64,000 nucleotides of DNA from NCBI GenBank assembly GCA_946965045.2, contig OX337242.1, positions 992,001 to 1,056,000 of the forward strand. The letters are read 5' to 3'. This DNA is from Epithemia pelagica. Taxonomy: Eukaryota; Protista; Bacillariophyta. Within the stretch, counting starts at the first letter, position 1. Every line of letters begins with the position of its first letter. Below, piece after piece: positions 22,812-35,325 of this stretch. Under the pieces are notes generated by a model. It made no database searches. It was not told the origin of the DNA and saw nothing but the letters and a program-made list of their open reading frames with translations. Made by a program: the position numbers and the translations under genes.

Positions 22812-23650
22812 GTTGTCTTGTTGTTCGTAGATCGACTTCGATTGTAAAAAGTGCTCAATTTGTGCGGTTGATGTTTAGGAGAAAATTGCTCGGGGCGGAA
22901 TGGTCATACGACATGGGCGTTTTCGATGACCCATGGGAGCACTATGTATACACCCTAGTGTTGATATCCGGAATACAAAGAAATCCAATTATTCAACATT
23001 AGGAAGAGTCTGATGAGGGTGTGATGTCCCGACAAGAAACAAGACACACCGAAGACTACGCAACCAACATCGTGCTTACATTTCTGCGCACGGCGACCGC
23101 TAGAAATCGAAAGGGTGACCACACACATTTTGCATCCTATGGATCATGGCAATCGGGAAATAGGTCACCATATTATTAGGAGTAAGAATTTGTTCCACGT
23201 CTCGTTCGTCCATGTTTCTCGATTGGACTGGAATCGCTAGAGAAGACCCAATGCTTTGCCATGAAGATGGATTGGTAGCACGAACCAGTGCGTGGGGCAA
23301 CCTCCCAATCAATTAAGGCGATACGGTGACCACGAACTTCCAAGACATAGTGTCGGTATCGTGTTCTTTTCTTCATCTCTGGTCAAGTTTCTGTCAACTT
23401 GTTTTGGGCAGCCCAAAGCCCATCAATGGAATAGAACAGTTATGAGAATTGCGAAAACTATATCAATGATCCATTTCGACGTAGGAAACTTGATGATCGA
23501 TCTATTTTGACGTTTGACGAAGGTCACAAGATGCGAATGCCTTCATTCAATGCATTGTCAAACCAAAATTGCTCGTATTTTCTGAGAGATGTTGGGACGC
23601 GGGGCGAGATGCTAAGCTAAGATGGAGGTCAATATTCTCCTAGAGTAGAG

Positions 23651-23747
23651 GTACTTGGTAGGGTCCTTGTATATTTAGATGCTCGTACTCGTATTCTCTC
23701 CAATACGAGTACCGACGAGTACGAGGTACGAGTACTTGTACGAGTAC
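23651..23747. promoter_or_regulatory. Cluster of 8 GTAC cores in (T/G)ACGAGTAC-like repeats with an 11-bp hairpin, upstream of the ZIP gene
   Basis: GTAC at 23651, 23685, 23709, 23719, 23726, 23732, 23738 and 23744; stem 23685-23695/23702-23712. The regulatory role is inference only. Confidence 0.35.
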
Positions 23748-24050
23748 TCTCACACTCATATTCGTAATTGTAACTGGTTGGTATGAATTCTATGAGGCCC
23801 ATGAGACTTCAATATTCTCCCCCTAAACCCTAAAGACACATCCTCGTGCTCGCGAACTCGTACAGATTTTGCCAACACAACAGATATGACTGGATACAAA
23901 CAACTTGAACAAGCCGTCTGTGGTCTGTGTGTCTATTTTGCGTCGGAAACGAGAAGCCCCATTGTTCGTAACAACAGAATATTTGTTGGCAGGCAGGAGG
24001 CAGGGCCAATCGACAAGGACATACCTATCAAAACCAATTGAGTCGCGGCC

Positions 24051-25430
24051 ATGGTGGAAAAAGACAATGATGTTGGAGTGGCAATGGCCTTGGTGATTGG
24101 GGCGGGTGCTGCAACTGGCCTCGGGGCGGCGGTGGTATTTTTCCCATCCTTGGTTCGATTTGCCAACAACAAAACACTGGCAGCTGCTCTCGGTCTTTCG
24201 GCTGGAGTGATGACCTATGTTTCCTTTGCCGAAATCTTTATTAAATCCCAAGACTCCTTTCAAGATGCCGACTTTAGCGAAGATCAATCCAAACTCTACG
24301 CAACGCTATGCTTTTTTGCCGGTGTCGTTACCATGGTGGTACGTTTCTGTGGTTTTGGAACGAATCGTGTGGAAAATTCCGTTTGTTGTCAGCCCCTACC
24401 ATACAACATGAGGCCTTACTCTCCTTGGGATTTTGCTTTTCGTGTTGTTTCTGTTTCCTTTTTGCGTCTTTTTTGACAGGCTCTGAACCACGTTGTCACA
24501 TGCCTCTTGGGCGTTCACCACCATCATCATCACCATGGCGAAAACAGAAACACGACGGACTCAAAGGAATCCATGCAAGAGGACGACGAATATGCGGATG
24601 ATGAGTCCGAATCGATTCCGCCGTGTATTTGCCATGATGAGCACCCCCGAGAAACCTGGGGCAAGGTTCGACACATGGCCAATTCCATGGCCGACCATCC
24701 AGACCGACCGCACCCCCATGGTCTTCACCAGCATCAAGACGAAAAGAACACGTCTGGAAGTATGACCCATGATGGAGAGAACGAGCCACTCAGCGACGAA
24801 GAAATTGCCAGTCGACAACCGCCTCAACGTGACATTCATACCCAGGAAACGGCAGCTCCATCACCCGAAAGGACGAGGTCTCAAAAGAGTGAGGTGAATA
24901 TTCCACAAGCTGACGAACTTTCCGAGATGGATGATAAACAAATTAACGGATCGGATGAAGACGAGAATCAGAGGAAGTTGATGGCAATGTCCTTGAATAC
25001 CGCTCTTGCGATCGGATTGCACAACTTTCCTGAGGGCTTGGCAACCTTTGTTGCAGCCTTGGAAGACCCGAAAGTGGGAGCTGTTTTGGCCATAGCGATT
25101 GCAATTCACAACATCCCAGAAGGCTTGTGCGTTGCCATGCCTATTTACTACGCGACGGGAAACAAGTGGAAGGCCTTTGGATGGGCCTGCTTGTCGGGAA
25201 TTGCAGAACCGATTGCTGGCCTACTTGGATGGCTCATTTTGTCGCAGTCCTTTTCCGATCAGCTTTACGCCCTCTTATTTGGAATGGTAGCGGGTATGAT
25301 GGTCATCATTAGTGTTCGTGAGTTGCTTCCCACAGCTCATCGATACGATCCAGAGGACTCTGTCGTCACTTATGCTTTCATCACTGGAATGGGTATCATG
25401 GCACTTTCATTGATGCTGTTCTTGTTGTGA
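24051..25430 (+). CDS. ZIP-family (ZupT/GufA-like) zinc/metal transporter; 2 exons
   Basis: Intron 24339-24479. Motifs LGLSAGVMTYVSF, His-rich loop (HHHHHHH), AIGLHNFPEGLATF, AIAIHNIPEGLCVAMP, SGIAEPIAG. Confidence 0.92.
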
Positions 25431-25669
25431 ACAGGAGAAAACAAGGCATCACGGAAATACATGTATGTAGTTGGAAGGCATTGGTCTCGCTGCAACTCGA
25501 TTGTCTCGAGGTCTTTTCTATCCCCTTGAAGTATATTTAGTTGATAATTAATTCCATCACCCAAGCAGCAGTGAACGTGGAAATAAGCAAGCTAATTTCA
25601 AAATATAAAAGCCTTGCTTGTGTCAAATTAAGTGATCTCAGTAGGTAATACGAAATGGAAAAAGGCAGC

Positions 25670-28296
25670 CTATGATCGCAATGGTGGGATACGAAAGGCA
25701 TCGTCGTAGAATGCACCGCCTGGAGGAAGTCCATAGAATTCCGGAAGTCTCCTTCTATTATGTATACCGCAAAACCCAAGATATAAGAGGTATTTACGGT
25801 CATGGCCTGGTACGCCCACTCTTGAAGCAATCAGATCGTATTGCATTGACAAAAGTGCATCTGCTTCCTTCACTTGTTGCGTCACATAATCGCATGATGA
25901 TGAACCTTGAACCGTGTCAAGCCCTTCAGAGATTACAACATGAGACGAAGCATGGGACGATTGCCTACTGTCCGCCATTGGAGCACTGGCATTCCAACTT
26001 TGTTGTGGTAGTTTGAGCATATGCGCCGCCTGCGACACCAAAACAGCGCACATGGGATGAAACTGTACGGAACACCCTCTCGCAGCACATCGGACAACTT
26101 TTGTTCCTGTCCCTGAGCAAATTGAGCACTGTCCAAGCTCTCCTCCACCGCCCACGGAGCTGTTGCACCACGCATGACAAACATCGTGACACCACCCAGT
26201 TCCTTCCCGAAACGACAAGGCTCCACCGATTACAGGACACATTTCGCAACGTCGAGGTGGTTGTGATCCATTTAGCTTTCCTGATCCAGAGGAAGATGGG
26301 TAAGACTTGCAAAAGTTGCACTTCCAGGTATGATCATAGTTTCGGCTGTCTCCTGGGTGACACCCAATATGTACCTGAAGTCCGCATACAGAGCACAAGT
26401 ATAGGTCTTCTTTCTCCACATTTGGACTCCAACAAACGGCACAAGCCATTGATCGGTCCGCCATATCCCTCAAGATTTCCGTGGCCTCTACTGTAAACGT
26501 TCCAGGAGAGCTGCCCTCCCCTGAACCAGAACTAGTTCCCTTATTGGAGATACGTCCGGGAACAGAACAAACAGTACGAATTACACCATCTTCGGTGCGA
26601 ATACAAGCAATACACGGAGGCTTAATCTCCAAAACTTTGGGTGGGCTTTCACGGCTCTCAAGAGTACCGTTTTGTTCAACGCCAACGACAATGCGCGTGG
26701 GTGTCCTTTTTTTCGGAAGAAGAAGCTTCTCCATGGTCCTGGGGACAACTTTTGTTTCGTGTGCTGAATGTAAAGCACTTCCTGACTGATTGTAGTTTGG
26801 TTCACGCTGCATGACCATACTCCTAGACGGTGGCTTGCTGTTCGTCTCCGTCGCATGAAATAGAGCCTTCTCAATGCCTTCATTGCTAAGGTTATGCGAC
26901 AAATCTTCCTGTCTGGTGCCATCGACCAGCATATCGGGGTTCTCAACACAGAGACGCTTGCCATTCAACTTGATACAGACCCTGACGTTCAGTGGTCTCT
27001 TCTGGGCTCCGTTCTCTAGTGTTTGTCCAGTCAACAATGATCGACAAATTGGACGTTGTCCTCCGATTTGTTTTGATGACCATATTATACGGGTGCGCCC
27101 TGATCGAACGCGGCTTGAGTTGACGGCACTACTCCATTCGGGGAGACCAAAACGGAAGTCATAACTTCCAAGCTCCCGCGCAATTTCGTTTGCCTTTGCG
27201 ATCTGGATTCGTTTTCCACGATGAAGATCCTCAGACATGGAAGCTTCAAGAAGCAAAGTACGATTCTGTCCAGAAAGACTCTCTGGGAATATCGTACCAC
27301 GACTACTGCTACCCCCAAATCGGAAGGAGACGTGCTTCACCTCTGTTTCTGACGAAGTTCGACATCGCCTCTGGTGTTCGGACAATGATTCACGGAATGA
27401 AGAGAGCTTGAACTCACCAACACTAGAAGTGAAGGTGGAAGTCTGCTCCTTTTCAATGCCATGAACAACGGATGGCGGTGGAGGTTGTTTCTTCAGATTA
27501 AGGACTCCAGGGTCATTTAATCGGCTCACCGTTATATATTCTTGAACTTCTGGTTCTTCGTCCTTCGAAGTTCGAGGTTTCCCGTTGAACATGCTTCCTT
27601 CACCATTTTGGGTGTGCCCAGCATTGAGAATCCCAGGGAGCTCATCAATATCACGTGCCATATTTTTGACTGCAAGAGTACTTTTGTGACACCACGGGAA
27701 GCACATCGGAAGAATTATTCTCTTGAGCAGGACATCAGCGTCCATCATTATCGTCTCATCATATGTACGACTATCAATATGTAAGATATTATGGATGGAC
27801 TCCTCAATCAGTAACTCCGTTTGCTCATCTGCTTCCTCCTTCTCGTCATCATCAATGTTCCGCTAATGCAAGGCGAGAAAAGCTAGGTAAGAAAATCACT
27901 TGAACCAGGAATCGGATGCCATTGGTGTACGTTCACCGAGATAGAAGTCCAATACACGTGGACAATACTTACCTGCTGTTTCGGTCGATCAACAATTTCA
28001 TCGGATGCGACAGCGGTTGAGAGACGATCCAAATTTTTTTGGCGACCATTTCGAGTTGCTACCGAAGCACCAGCTCGGTTTGTTGTGCTCTCCGTTGGTG
28101 TTGTCGCTGGGCCAGCCATGGAACTTGTTTCATGAGACATTTTAAAAGAGTCGCGGCCTCTTTTGTACGTCGGGGCTCGACTACGAGTTGATCTCCTGCT
28201 CGGTGGAGGACCGTCATCACTTATATGACCTGACCTGCTTTCCTCTAGAGGCCGTGGCCGAGGCACAGGCTTCGCCTGTTTACGCCTTCCACTCAT
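25670..28296 (-). CDS. PHD finger plus extended PHD (zf-HC5HC2H-like) chromatin protein; 2 exons
   Basis: Intron 27863-27972 (GTAAGT..CATTAG) joins ORF 27883-28329 in frame to ORF 25670-27748. Motifs CAVCW...CSVCGLQVHIGCH...WKCNFC; CEMCPVIGGAL...WCHDVCHAW...CSIC...CAARGCSVQFHPMCA. Confidence 0.85.
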
Positions 28297-30053
28297 GTCG
28301 GGAAAAGAAGAGAGCCTCCCTCGTTCCACAACGCGATAAATTGAGTTTCAATGAAACGGAATGTATTTCGCTTATGAGTTCCATACAAAGCAAGGAAGTA
28401 CCTTAGATAACATCACGAAGTCCAATCCAATTGCTCTGGCCCAAGTGTCGATAATAGAACGGGATGAAGAATAGGAGAGAGTTGACTGTTGGCTCTGTTA
28501 ATATTTTGATCACTAAAGGAAATGCGGCGTGACTCAAGTATTAGTACTATGTCAATATCCATCTCTCCAAACCGTAGCCCTGCGACGAACAACTCCTTCC
28601 CAGTAGGATCATATGTTCTTGACTACTTTGCGCACATTTTCAATGATGCGGAGGAAAGATGATGCTGCTTCATTATCTTTTCCGCAACATGTTCCTCTAG
28701 AGGCATCTTGAAGGAAGAGAGGAATTTACAATTCGATCTAAAGTCGACAGCGACTCCCACTCTGCCACTCCTAGACTAGTTGTTTTTACAACTTGCCTTC
28801 TCCGAATATCGCCATGAGGAAGAAGTAGAATACGTTTGGGTTATGCAAGTGGCACCGCGCTCCATTGGGGGAATACGCGCAATCGGAACCCCTTCTAGCC
28901 TTTCGAGATGGGATACCGACGGGAGCAGAGACACGTTATCATTTCCATCCGCATTGAAACAACATCCAATTTGCCTGCATAGTTTGGAGTAATACTCATG
29001 GCATCGTAGACGAAGCAACGACAGGGATTTATAAGTCGATACGAGGCTCCGCCGACACCTCCAGTAGGGTATTTGCCTCTTGAGGAGACTGTTCGCCACA
29101 CAGCCAATGAACAACAACGCTGCCAAGGAATCCGCAAATGAGACCATCGCCAGTGAAACTTTCGACAGCATCAGGAACTGTTTCATTGCGAGAGCAACCA
29201 TCCGTACAATAAGGAGGGACCCTGCATGTGCTCGGAGATTCTTCTTGCTAGTCATCATCATTTTGACAACTTTGATGACACTGAAAACCTCACCGACGAA
29301 ACTCTCCGGTCATGGGACTACAATAGTAGTCCTCCGTCATGCAAACTGTTTTCTATCGCAGGCTTGTACCTTGTACTCCTATGACTATGAGAGAGATGAT
29401 CAAAAGGATCGTAGACGCCTCCCATCTCCATCCGCCATGGAAGGGAAAATATAGGGGGATCTGGCAGAAGAAGAGGGGAAAAAAGAAGGAGAAAAAAAGA
29501 AGAAGAAAAGGATAAAAGAAAAAGAAGGAAGAAATTATGGTAAGATTCCCTTCGTCGAGAACGTGCGATTGCCGCTATCAGAATGTGATCTAATTGGCTG
29601 TTGTCTTTGTCAATGTTTCTGCAATGTGTGGTGAGTGCGTGGTGGACCACGAAGCAGGAAGGAGGGGTTTTGGCAGATCCCCACTACCACAGTACGTAAG
29701 AGTCCACGGTAAGTGCCTGAAGCGACTGTCTTTTGCTTAAGGTAAACAGTGTCATACTCACATATGCCCGATTGCTTCTCCAGCGAAGATATTAGCATTC
29801 ACCACAAAAGAGTGCGTAGAAGTGTCGTACCACTGGTACAAGGTAAGCCTAGCTACGGCAGGATTTCGGAAGTGGTTGCTCATTTTCCTCTAGCTCATTA
29901 TTTCTTGGACGATGGTTTTCTCACTGCTGTTGTTGTTCGTATCGTTAATTCTTATTTTGCTATTTCTTGCGTGAACAGCACCATGGTACGTTGTCCCAGC
30001 CAGGTGCACTGATATTCCATTGATTGAATTGGTTGTTCTAACATTTTTCTTTT

Positions 30054-33000
30054 TTAAAATGGTGGTCGGTTACTCTGATGGTTCCGGCATGATTTGTCGT
30101 GTGGTGGAATGCCTCTACGGTTTTCCCGATTCCAATATTGGATGTTGCGAATGCAACAGTTCTGTGTTGGCTGCATTTGAGCCGGGGCAACAGGCGGTTG
30201 ATGTGGCTGATGAAGATTCCCAACGGCCGGGCACAAGATTGTCGAGAGAAAAGCTGCTTGTTGCAAGAGCTGCTGTTGTACCTGGTAAATATTGGGCATC
30301 AATGATGGTGCCAACGGTGGTTGTTGTTGTTGTTGTGGTGGTGGCGGTGGTGGTGGAAGACTGGGCTGCTCCCTCATTGTTGGCTGTTGCTGGTTTGTGG
30401 TAACTCGTGTTCTCGTTGTGCTTGTTGCGTTGATTTGGTTCTGTTCGACGGGCCGAGTCACTTGGATTGGTTCTTGTTCTTGAGCACTTGCCTCACACTC
30501 TTGCATCTCGCTGTCTTCTTCTTTTTCCTCCTCCTGTTCTTCTGGTTCTTTATCGTCTTCCATGTCCTGGTCGCTACCATTGTCCGAGTCTTCGCGGTTC
30601 GATATTTCGTCGTCGTTGTCGTCGTCGCCACATTCGAGCATTGTCTCATTGTTTGTTGAGTCCTCTGTTGGTTCATTGCATTCGTTGCAGGGGCAGTGGT
30701 CATTGCTGAGGAATGCCACTGGCCATGTTTGTTGTATCTGTTTTTGTATCGGCAGGTATTCGGAGAAGAATCGTTCTCCATTGTCAGGAGGTAAGTCTTC
30801 GACCCAATCAAATGGTTTGCTCGCTCCACAACGAACTGCCAGTTTGTTGATGAAGGCAAGCTCCTGGTGATTGAAGTGACTAACGACACTTTCCCATGCT
30901 GCAGGCATTTTCGTGTTCCTCTCTTCCATTGAAGCCGAGGCTAAACGGATTTTGAGCCGGATTTGTTTGTTATATCGTGCCGTTCCAGTGAGGTTGATGA
31001 CATCACTGAGATCCTCGTGCATTCCTCCATTTGCAAAGTGTGCAAGATTGTCATGCCATGATTCGAGCTTCGACTCGCCCCGGTAAGAAATCCACTCGCT
31101 GAGCCCATGTTTTGAATTTGGACCTGGCTTGATCTCACGATACATTTCACTTACAGGGAGCGGGTCCGAGAGATATTCTGCCTTTTTCTTGCAGTTCTCA
31201 ATGGCAAGGTGAGTGTCCATTGTAAATAGTGTTTGTTGCGTCCTTGGGTCGACTCGTCCTCTTGCTGCTCCAGATCCCTCTGACGCAGTTACCTTGTATT
31301 TACATTTCCATTCTTCGAGCTTGGTGATGATTGTTTCCTTCCGCCTGATTCTTTTCTGTAAGTGCTTGCCGTATCGTGTCCAAAACTGCTTTGTCTGTCG
31401 CATTTCAACAATCTCTTTGTCAGACAGTTTCTCACCTGTACTTGACATTGTGCCATCTTTCAGAGCCGTCACAAGTTTGTTGAAGTCGCGATCATCATAG
31501 TCGTACAATGCATCCAACAAATCTCTAATTGCGTGTCCGAAGTCGATGTGGTTCTTTCGTATTGTCTTGACGATCCTCTGAATGAAATGGAAGAGTCCTA
31601 ATCTTCCCTTGAGCTTCCTTCCATTCTTGTCACGCAACAATTCCTCCCAGAAGCTTTGCTTATGGGGCCAGGTGTCGGAATACATGATTGAGGGTTTAAA
31701 ATTTGGTCGCTTGGTGAGTTGAATTAATGCATGGGCAAAGTGTTTTGTCTCCGTGCTTCTAACCAGAATAGCCAACGCTACCTCGCCATGTTCATTGCAG
31801 ATATCCCACAGTGCTTCGGCTTGCAGTCTCTTCGGGTAGTTCTTTACCACCTGGTGAGTATGGTCTTGTGCAAAGCATATCTGACACTGTACCGCTTGTA
31901 TTTCGCGTGTGTGTCGCTCCTTATCGCTTGTTTGCCACGGATTCCACGTAGACGTTGAGGCTTCAAGGTATGCCTTCCGAATTGTCTCGCCCAATGGTGG
32001 AAACCGTGTCAGCCATTCGCCATCCTTCTTCGGGTAGTCCTGAGCCTTTTGGTGCGTCAAATCACAGAAAGATAGGTAGCTTGTAAGTCTCTTCCTGTAA
32101 TCTCGGTTGATTGCACTGTATAGCTACCGACTACATAGATCTCCATTCCCATGGGTAATCAGTAGTTCCTCAAAAACAGTTGTAGCAGTGAGGTCTAGAT
32201 GTTGAGCACCTCTAGCCCACTTGGCCTCGACCGGGTACCATTTTTGAAAATGTGAGGGCAGCATATTGATCAGCGCCCCATCATTACCGGCGTGCGTGAC
32301 CTTGCATTCCGGGCAGTAGTAGTTGGTGACCAGGGCGTAGTGGGGAGCACCACCAAGATTAAAAATCGGAAATAAGCTCTTGGTCTTGGAAAGGTTGGTC
32401 CTGTCTCTTTTTAGTGTACAGTCCTTACACTTTGGACACTTAATCCCCAACGCTTGAAATTCTTCCGGAAGGAACAGCCCCCAATCCACAATGTACAATT
32501 TCTGTCCTACTATTGAGTCCCAGAGGGCATTGTTGTTGTCGCGCACGTCCGGCACACAGAACTCCATGTTGCGCATGTACGCCTTAAGTGACGACAGGTC
32601 ACGCTTCTTCTCTAAACAGTTTTCAGCGATCGTCTTGGCCAGCGCGTAAACCATCTTCGGACAGGAAATCGAGGTGTCCGGCGCGACTTCCTTGTACTTG
32701 TCGAGTACCGATCGCATGAATACATAGTCCGCCAACCCAACCGAAGACACGACTTTATTATTGATCAGTGATGTCGTGCGCGCAACACAGTTCTTTCTTC
32801 CTCCCCGTTTTTTTGAAAGCACGATATCCGCCGCCGTTATGGTTGTGGCTTCGTTTGAAGCCTCACATACTGTTTTGTTGTTGAGTTGGAAGAAGAGGTT
32901 GAATTCTTCTTGGCTCATGATGATGGGCTTGAAGGTCACCTCCCTTGTTGCCTCCTTCTTCAGCCTTTCTTCCTCCCTCAATGCTTCCACCAGATGATCA

Positions 33001-33428
33001 GGGATGCCCTTGGTCTTTGTGTTCTTGGTGCAAAACTCGTGGTGAGATTGTTTGGGGGGTTTGATGCCCAGACGCTTGGCAGAACAGATTCTGCAGTCCC
33101 TGTCTTCCTCAAATGCCTTCTTCTTCTCCAGGGTGAGTTGGTTCAGTCTTCTTGCTTCCTTCTTCTTCTTTGTTGACTTTGTTTGGTGTTGTGCTAACGA
33201 TTTTGCCCGTTTTGTTTGGTTGTTTTGTCGTTGGCTTTGGCAACCCATGCCCTCCTGGTCACTGGGTTTCCTTTTGTATGGGTTGTGCAGCACCACCCTT
33301 GGTGCTGGAGGTGGTGGAGAGTCATCCTCCGTGCCAGTCATCGTCTCTCTGTCCATTGTCCTTCCAGAAACATGGACACCATTGTCCATGTCCTGGGCCA
33401 TGGAAACCGCGACCGGTCTCATTGGCAT
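30054..33428 (-). mobile_element. Dada-like (DUF6729-type) DDE transposase: one 1125-codon frame with a single internal TAG at 32124-32126; element ends not found
   Basis: The two supplied ORFs are in the same frame (...DLCSR*LYSAINRDYRKRLTSYLSFCDLTHQK...). N-terminal CPKC...YYCPEC...INMLP..YP region. Putative catalytic motifs AQDHTH, MYSDTW, RLGLFHFIQR (DxxH position) and RGESKLESWH, recalled as resembling the Dada DSTKK / YVDRDCC / LDIWHFMRR / RGSTSLESFH motifs. Confidence 0.6.
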
Positions 33429-33764
33429 GGAATCGTGTTGGAGCGGAACTCCTCGTCGTTTTCATCTTTTTCGTGGGGAAGTCGGCAGGATTCCGTGGCT
33501 TTTTGCGCGTGGCGCGCGATGTCTACAGGTAAGAGAAGACATGTCTGGTCTGATTTTTCGTTGAGTATTTTGCTGTCTTGTCTATGTCTTGTGAAATTTC
33601 TAACCCAATCATGTATCTGCCATGTATTTCTGAGGCCCCGAGGATCGTGGGTCTATTGGGCAACGATTCGTCAGTTTGTCATGCATGATCTGTTAGCAGA
33701 ATTTTACAGACATCTTAACTGTCCAGTTACTTATGAGCCAGATAGAATCGATCTTTGGGTATTG

Positions 33765-33905
33765 GGGTGGGACCCAACGAACCCATCCTGACGACGCTCT
33801 GTTCATGGATGCGGCCTCTAGCTTAGGAGTCAGTCTAGAGGAACTTGCTAGGGGAGTAGAGCAAGTTGCCGTAAAGGCCCAGAGGGAAACCGAGATGGCT
33901 CCCAA
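33765..33905. repeat. Ngaro terminal repeat B2 (141 bp, identical to 35768-35908)
   Basis: Base-by-base comparison found no differences. Confidence 0.95.
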
Positions 33906-34369
33906 GGGCGGGTAGGGGGTTATTTTTGTTTAGGATGACTACGCTAGAGACTTGCTTCCAAGTCCCAACGTGGGATGGCTTGAGACGGAGTTTGGGGAAA
34001 TCGACCCTTTTATGCACAATCAGGGTTATAGGCAATAGATTAGGGACTCAACAAGAAATTAGGGCGGCTAAGAGGACACTTCTACGGGTAGATAGGTTTT
34101 GCAACGGGGAGGACTCCGTCCGCCATGAACATGTACCTTAACACTAATGAAATCGTGTTATTTTTTGACGACAAGGGAACGAGAACGCTTACCAGTCGTC
34201 TGCAACTTCCGGTAACTACCCGTGAGTCCCATATCCGCTAGCAATACCCAGAGGACAAGACCAAGAACTTCTTCGACAAAGGATCGATATTAATACAAAA
34301 TACGTATTATGCAACCATAGAGTATGGTTTCCCAATCTCTAGTGTGGAAGAAACGGGAATGTCGTAAGG

Positions 34370-34650
34370 GATGTCGTTTGATGTCGTGAGGGATGTCGTT
34401 TGATGTTGTTTGATGTCGTTTGATGTCGTTTGATGTCGTTTCGGGCTCGCGCGGAAACATGGTTTGAGTCAAAATCAAGCGGTGCGCATTCAGTTGATTC
34501 AGCGATGGGCCTAACGTCAATCAGTGGTGTGTTTTCTGTTGAAGAATACCAACTGCTGGAGAGTAGAGATTCTTTTGGCGATATCAACACAAACGACATC
34601 AAACGACATCAAAAGACATCAAACGACATCAAAAGACATCAAAAGACATC
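34370..34650. repeat. Two inverted arrays of a 10-bp unit: (GATGTCGTTT)~7 at 34370-34441 and (AAACGACATC)6 at 34591-34650
   Basis: Read directly from the sequence. Confidence 0.92.
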
Positions 34651-34901
34651 TACAATGTCCCCCGACATCCGTGACTCGGGATGCATGCCTCATATCGAAA
34701 GAATCTGTGTCTAATATGATCATATCAGATGTATTGGTGTGTGATAACGCTATATGAAAACGGTTGTTTTATCGTAACGATACTCTGAGAAGTAGAAAGA
34801 TTTCGTACGTTTTGAGTCCATTACCGGAAGTTGCTGTGTGTGGTATTTCGTTTCCTCATTTCTGAAATGTGACGCAGGGCCATTGTAGTAGGCTTATCTC
34901 G

Positions 34902-35325
34902 ATGAACCCGATCTAATTGGGTTGAACCCGATCTAATCGGGTTGAACCCGATCTAATTGGGTTGAACCCGATCTAATCGGGTTGAACCCGATCTAATCGG
35001 GTTGAACCCAATCTCATCGGGCTCAACCCGATCTAATCGGGCTCAACCCGATCTAATGATGATTACTTCCGGATTTAAAACGGTGTCAACCCGATCTAAT
35101 CGGGTTCAACCCGATCTAATCGGGTTCAACCCGATCTAATCGGGTTCAACCCGATCTAATCGGGTTCAACCCGATCTAATCGGGTTCAACCCGATCTAAT
35201 CGGGTTCAACCCGATCTAATCGGGTTCAATCCAATCTAATCGGGTTCAACCCGATCTAATCGGGTTCAACCCGATCTAATCGGGCTCAACCCGATTAGAT
35301 TGGGTTCAACCCGATTAGATTGGGC
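34902..35325. repeat. Tandem arrays of a palindromic 20-bp unit (AACCCGAT-CTA-ATCGGGTT-C/G): 8 copies at 34902-35057 and 12 copies at 35087-35325
   Basis: Read directly. The last two units are inverted (CCGATTAGAT), and a spacer of about 30 bp separates the arrays. Confidence 0.95.

Noticed and set aside
27965-27975. ATACTTACCTG matching the U1 snRNA 5' end (a possible Dada target)
   Set aside because: It is the reverse complement of the PHD gene's splice donor CAG|GTAAGTAT, and no U1 body follows.
34902-35325. CRISPR-like array of palindromic repeats
   Set aside because: The units are directly adjacent with no unique spacers, there are no cas genes, and the context is eukaryotic.
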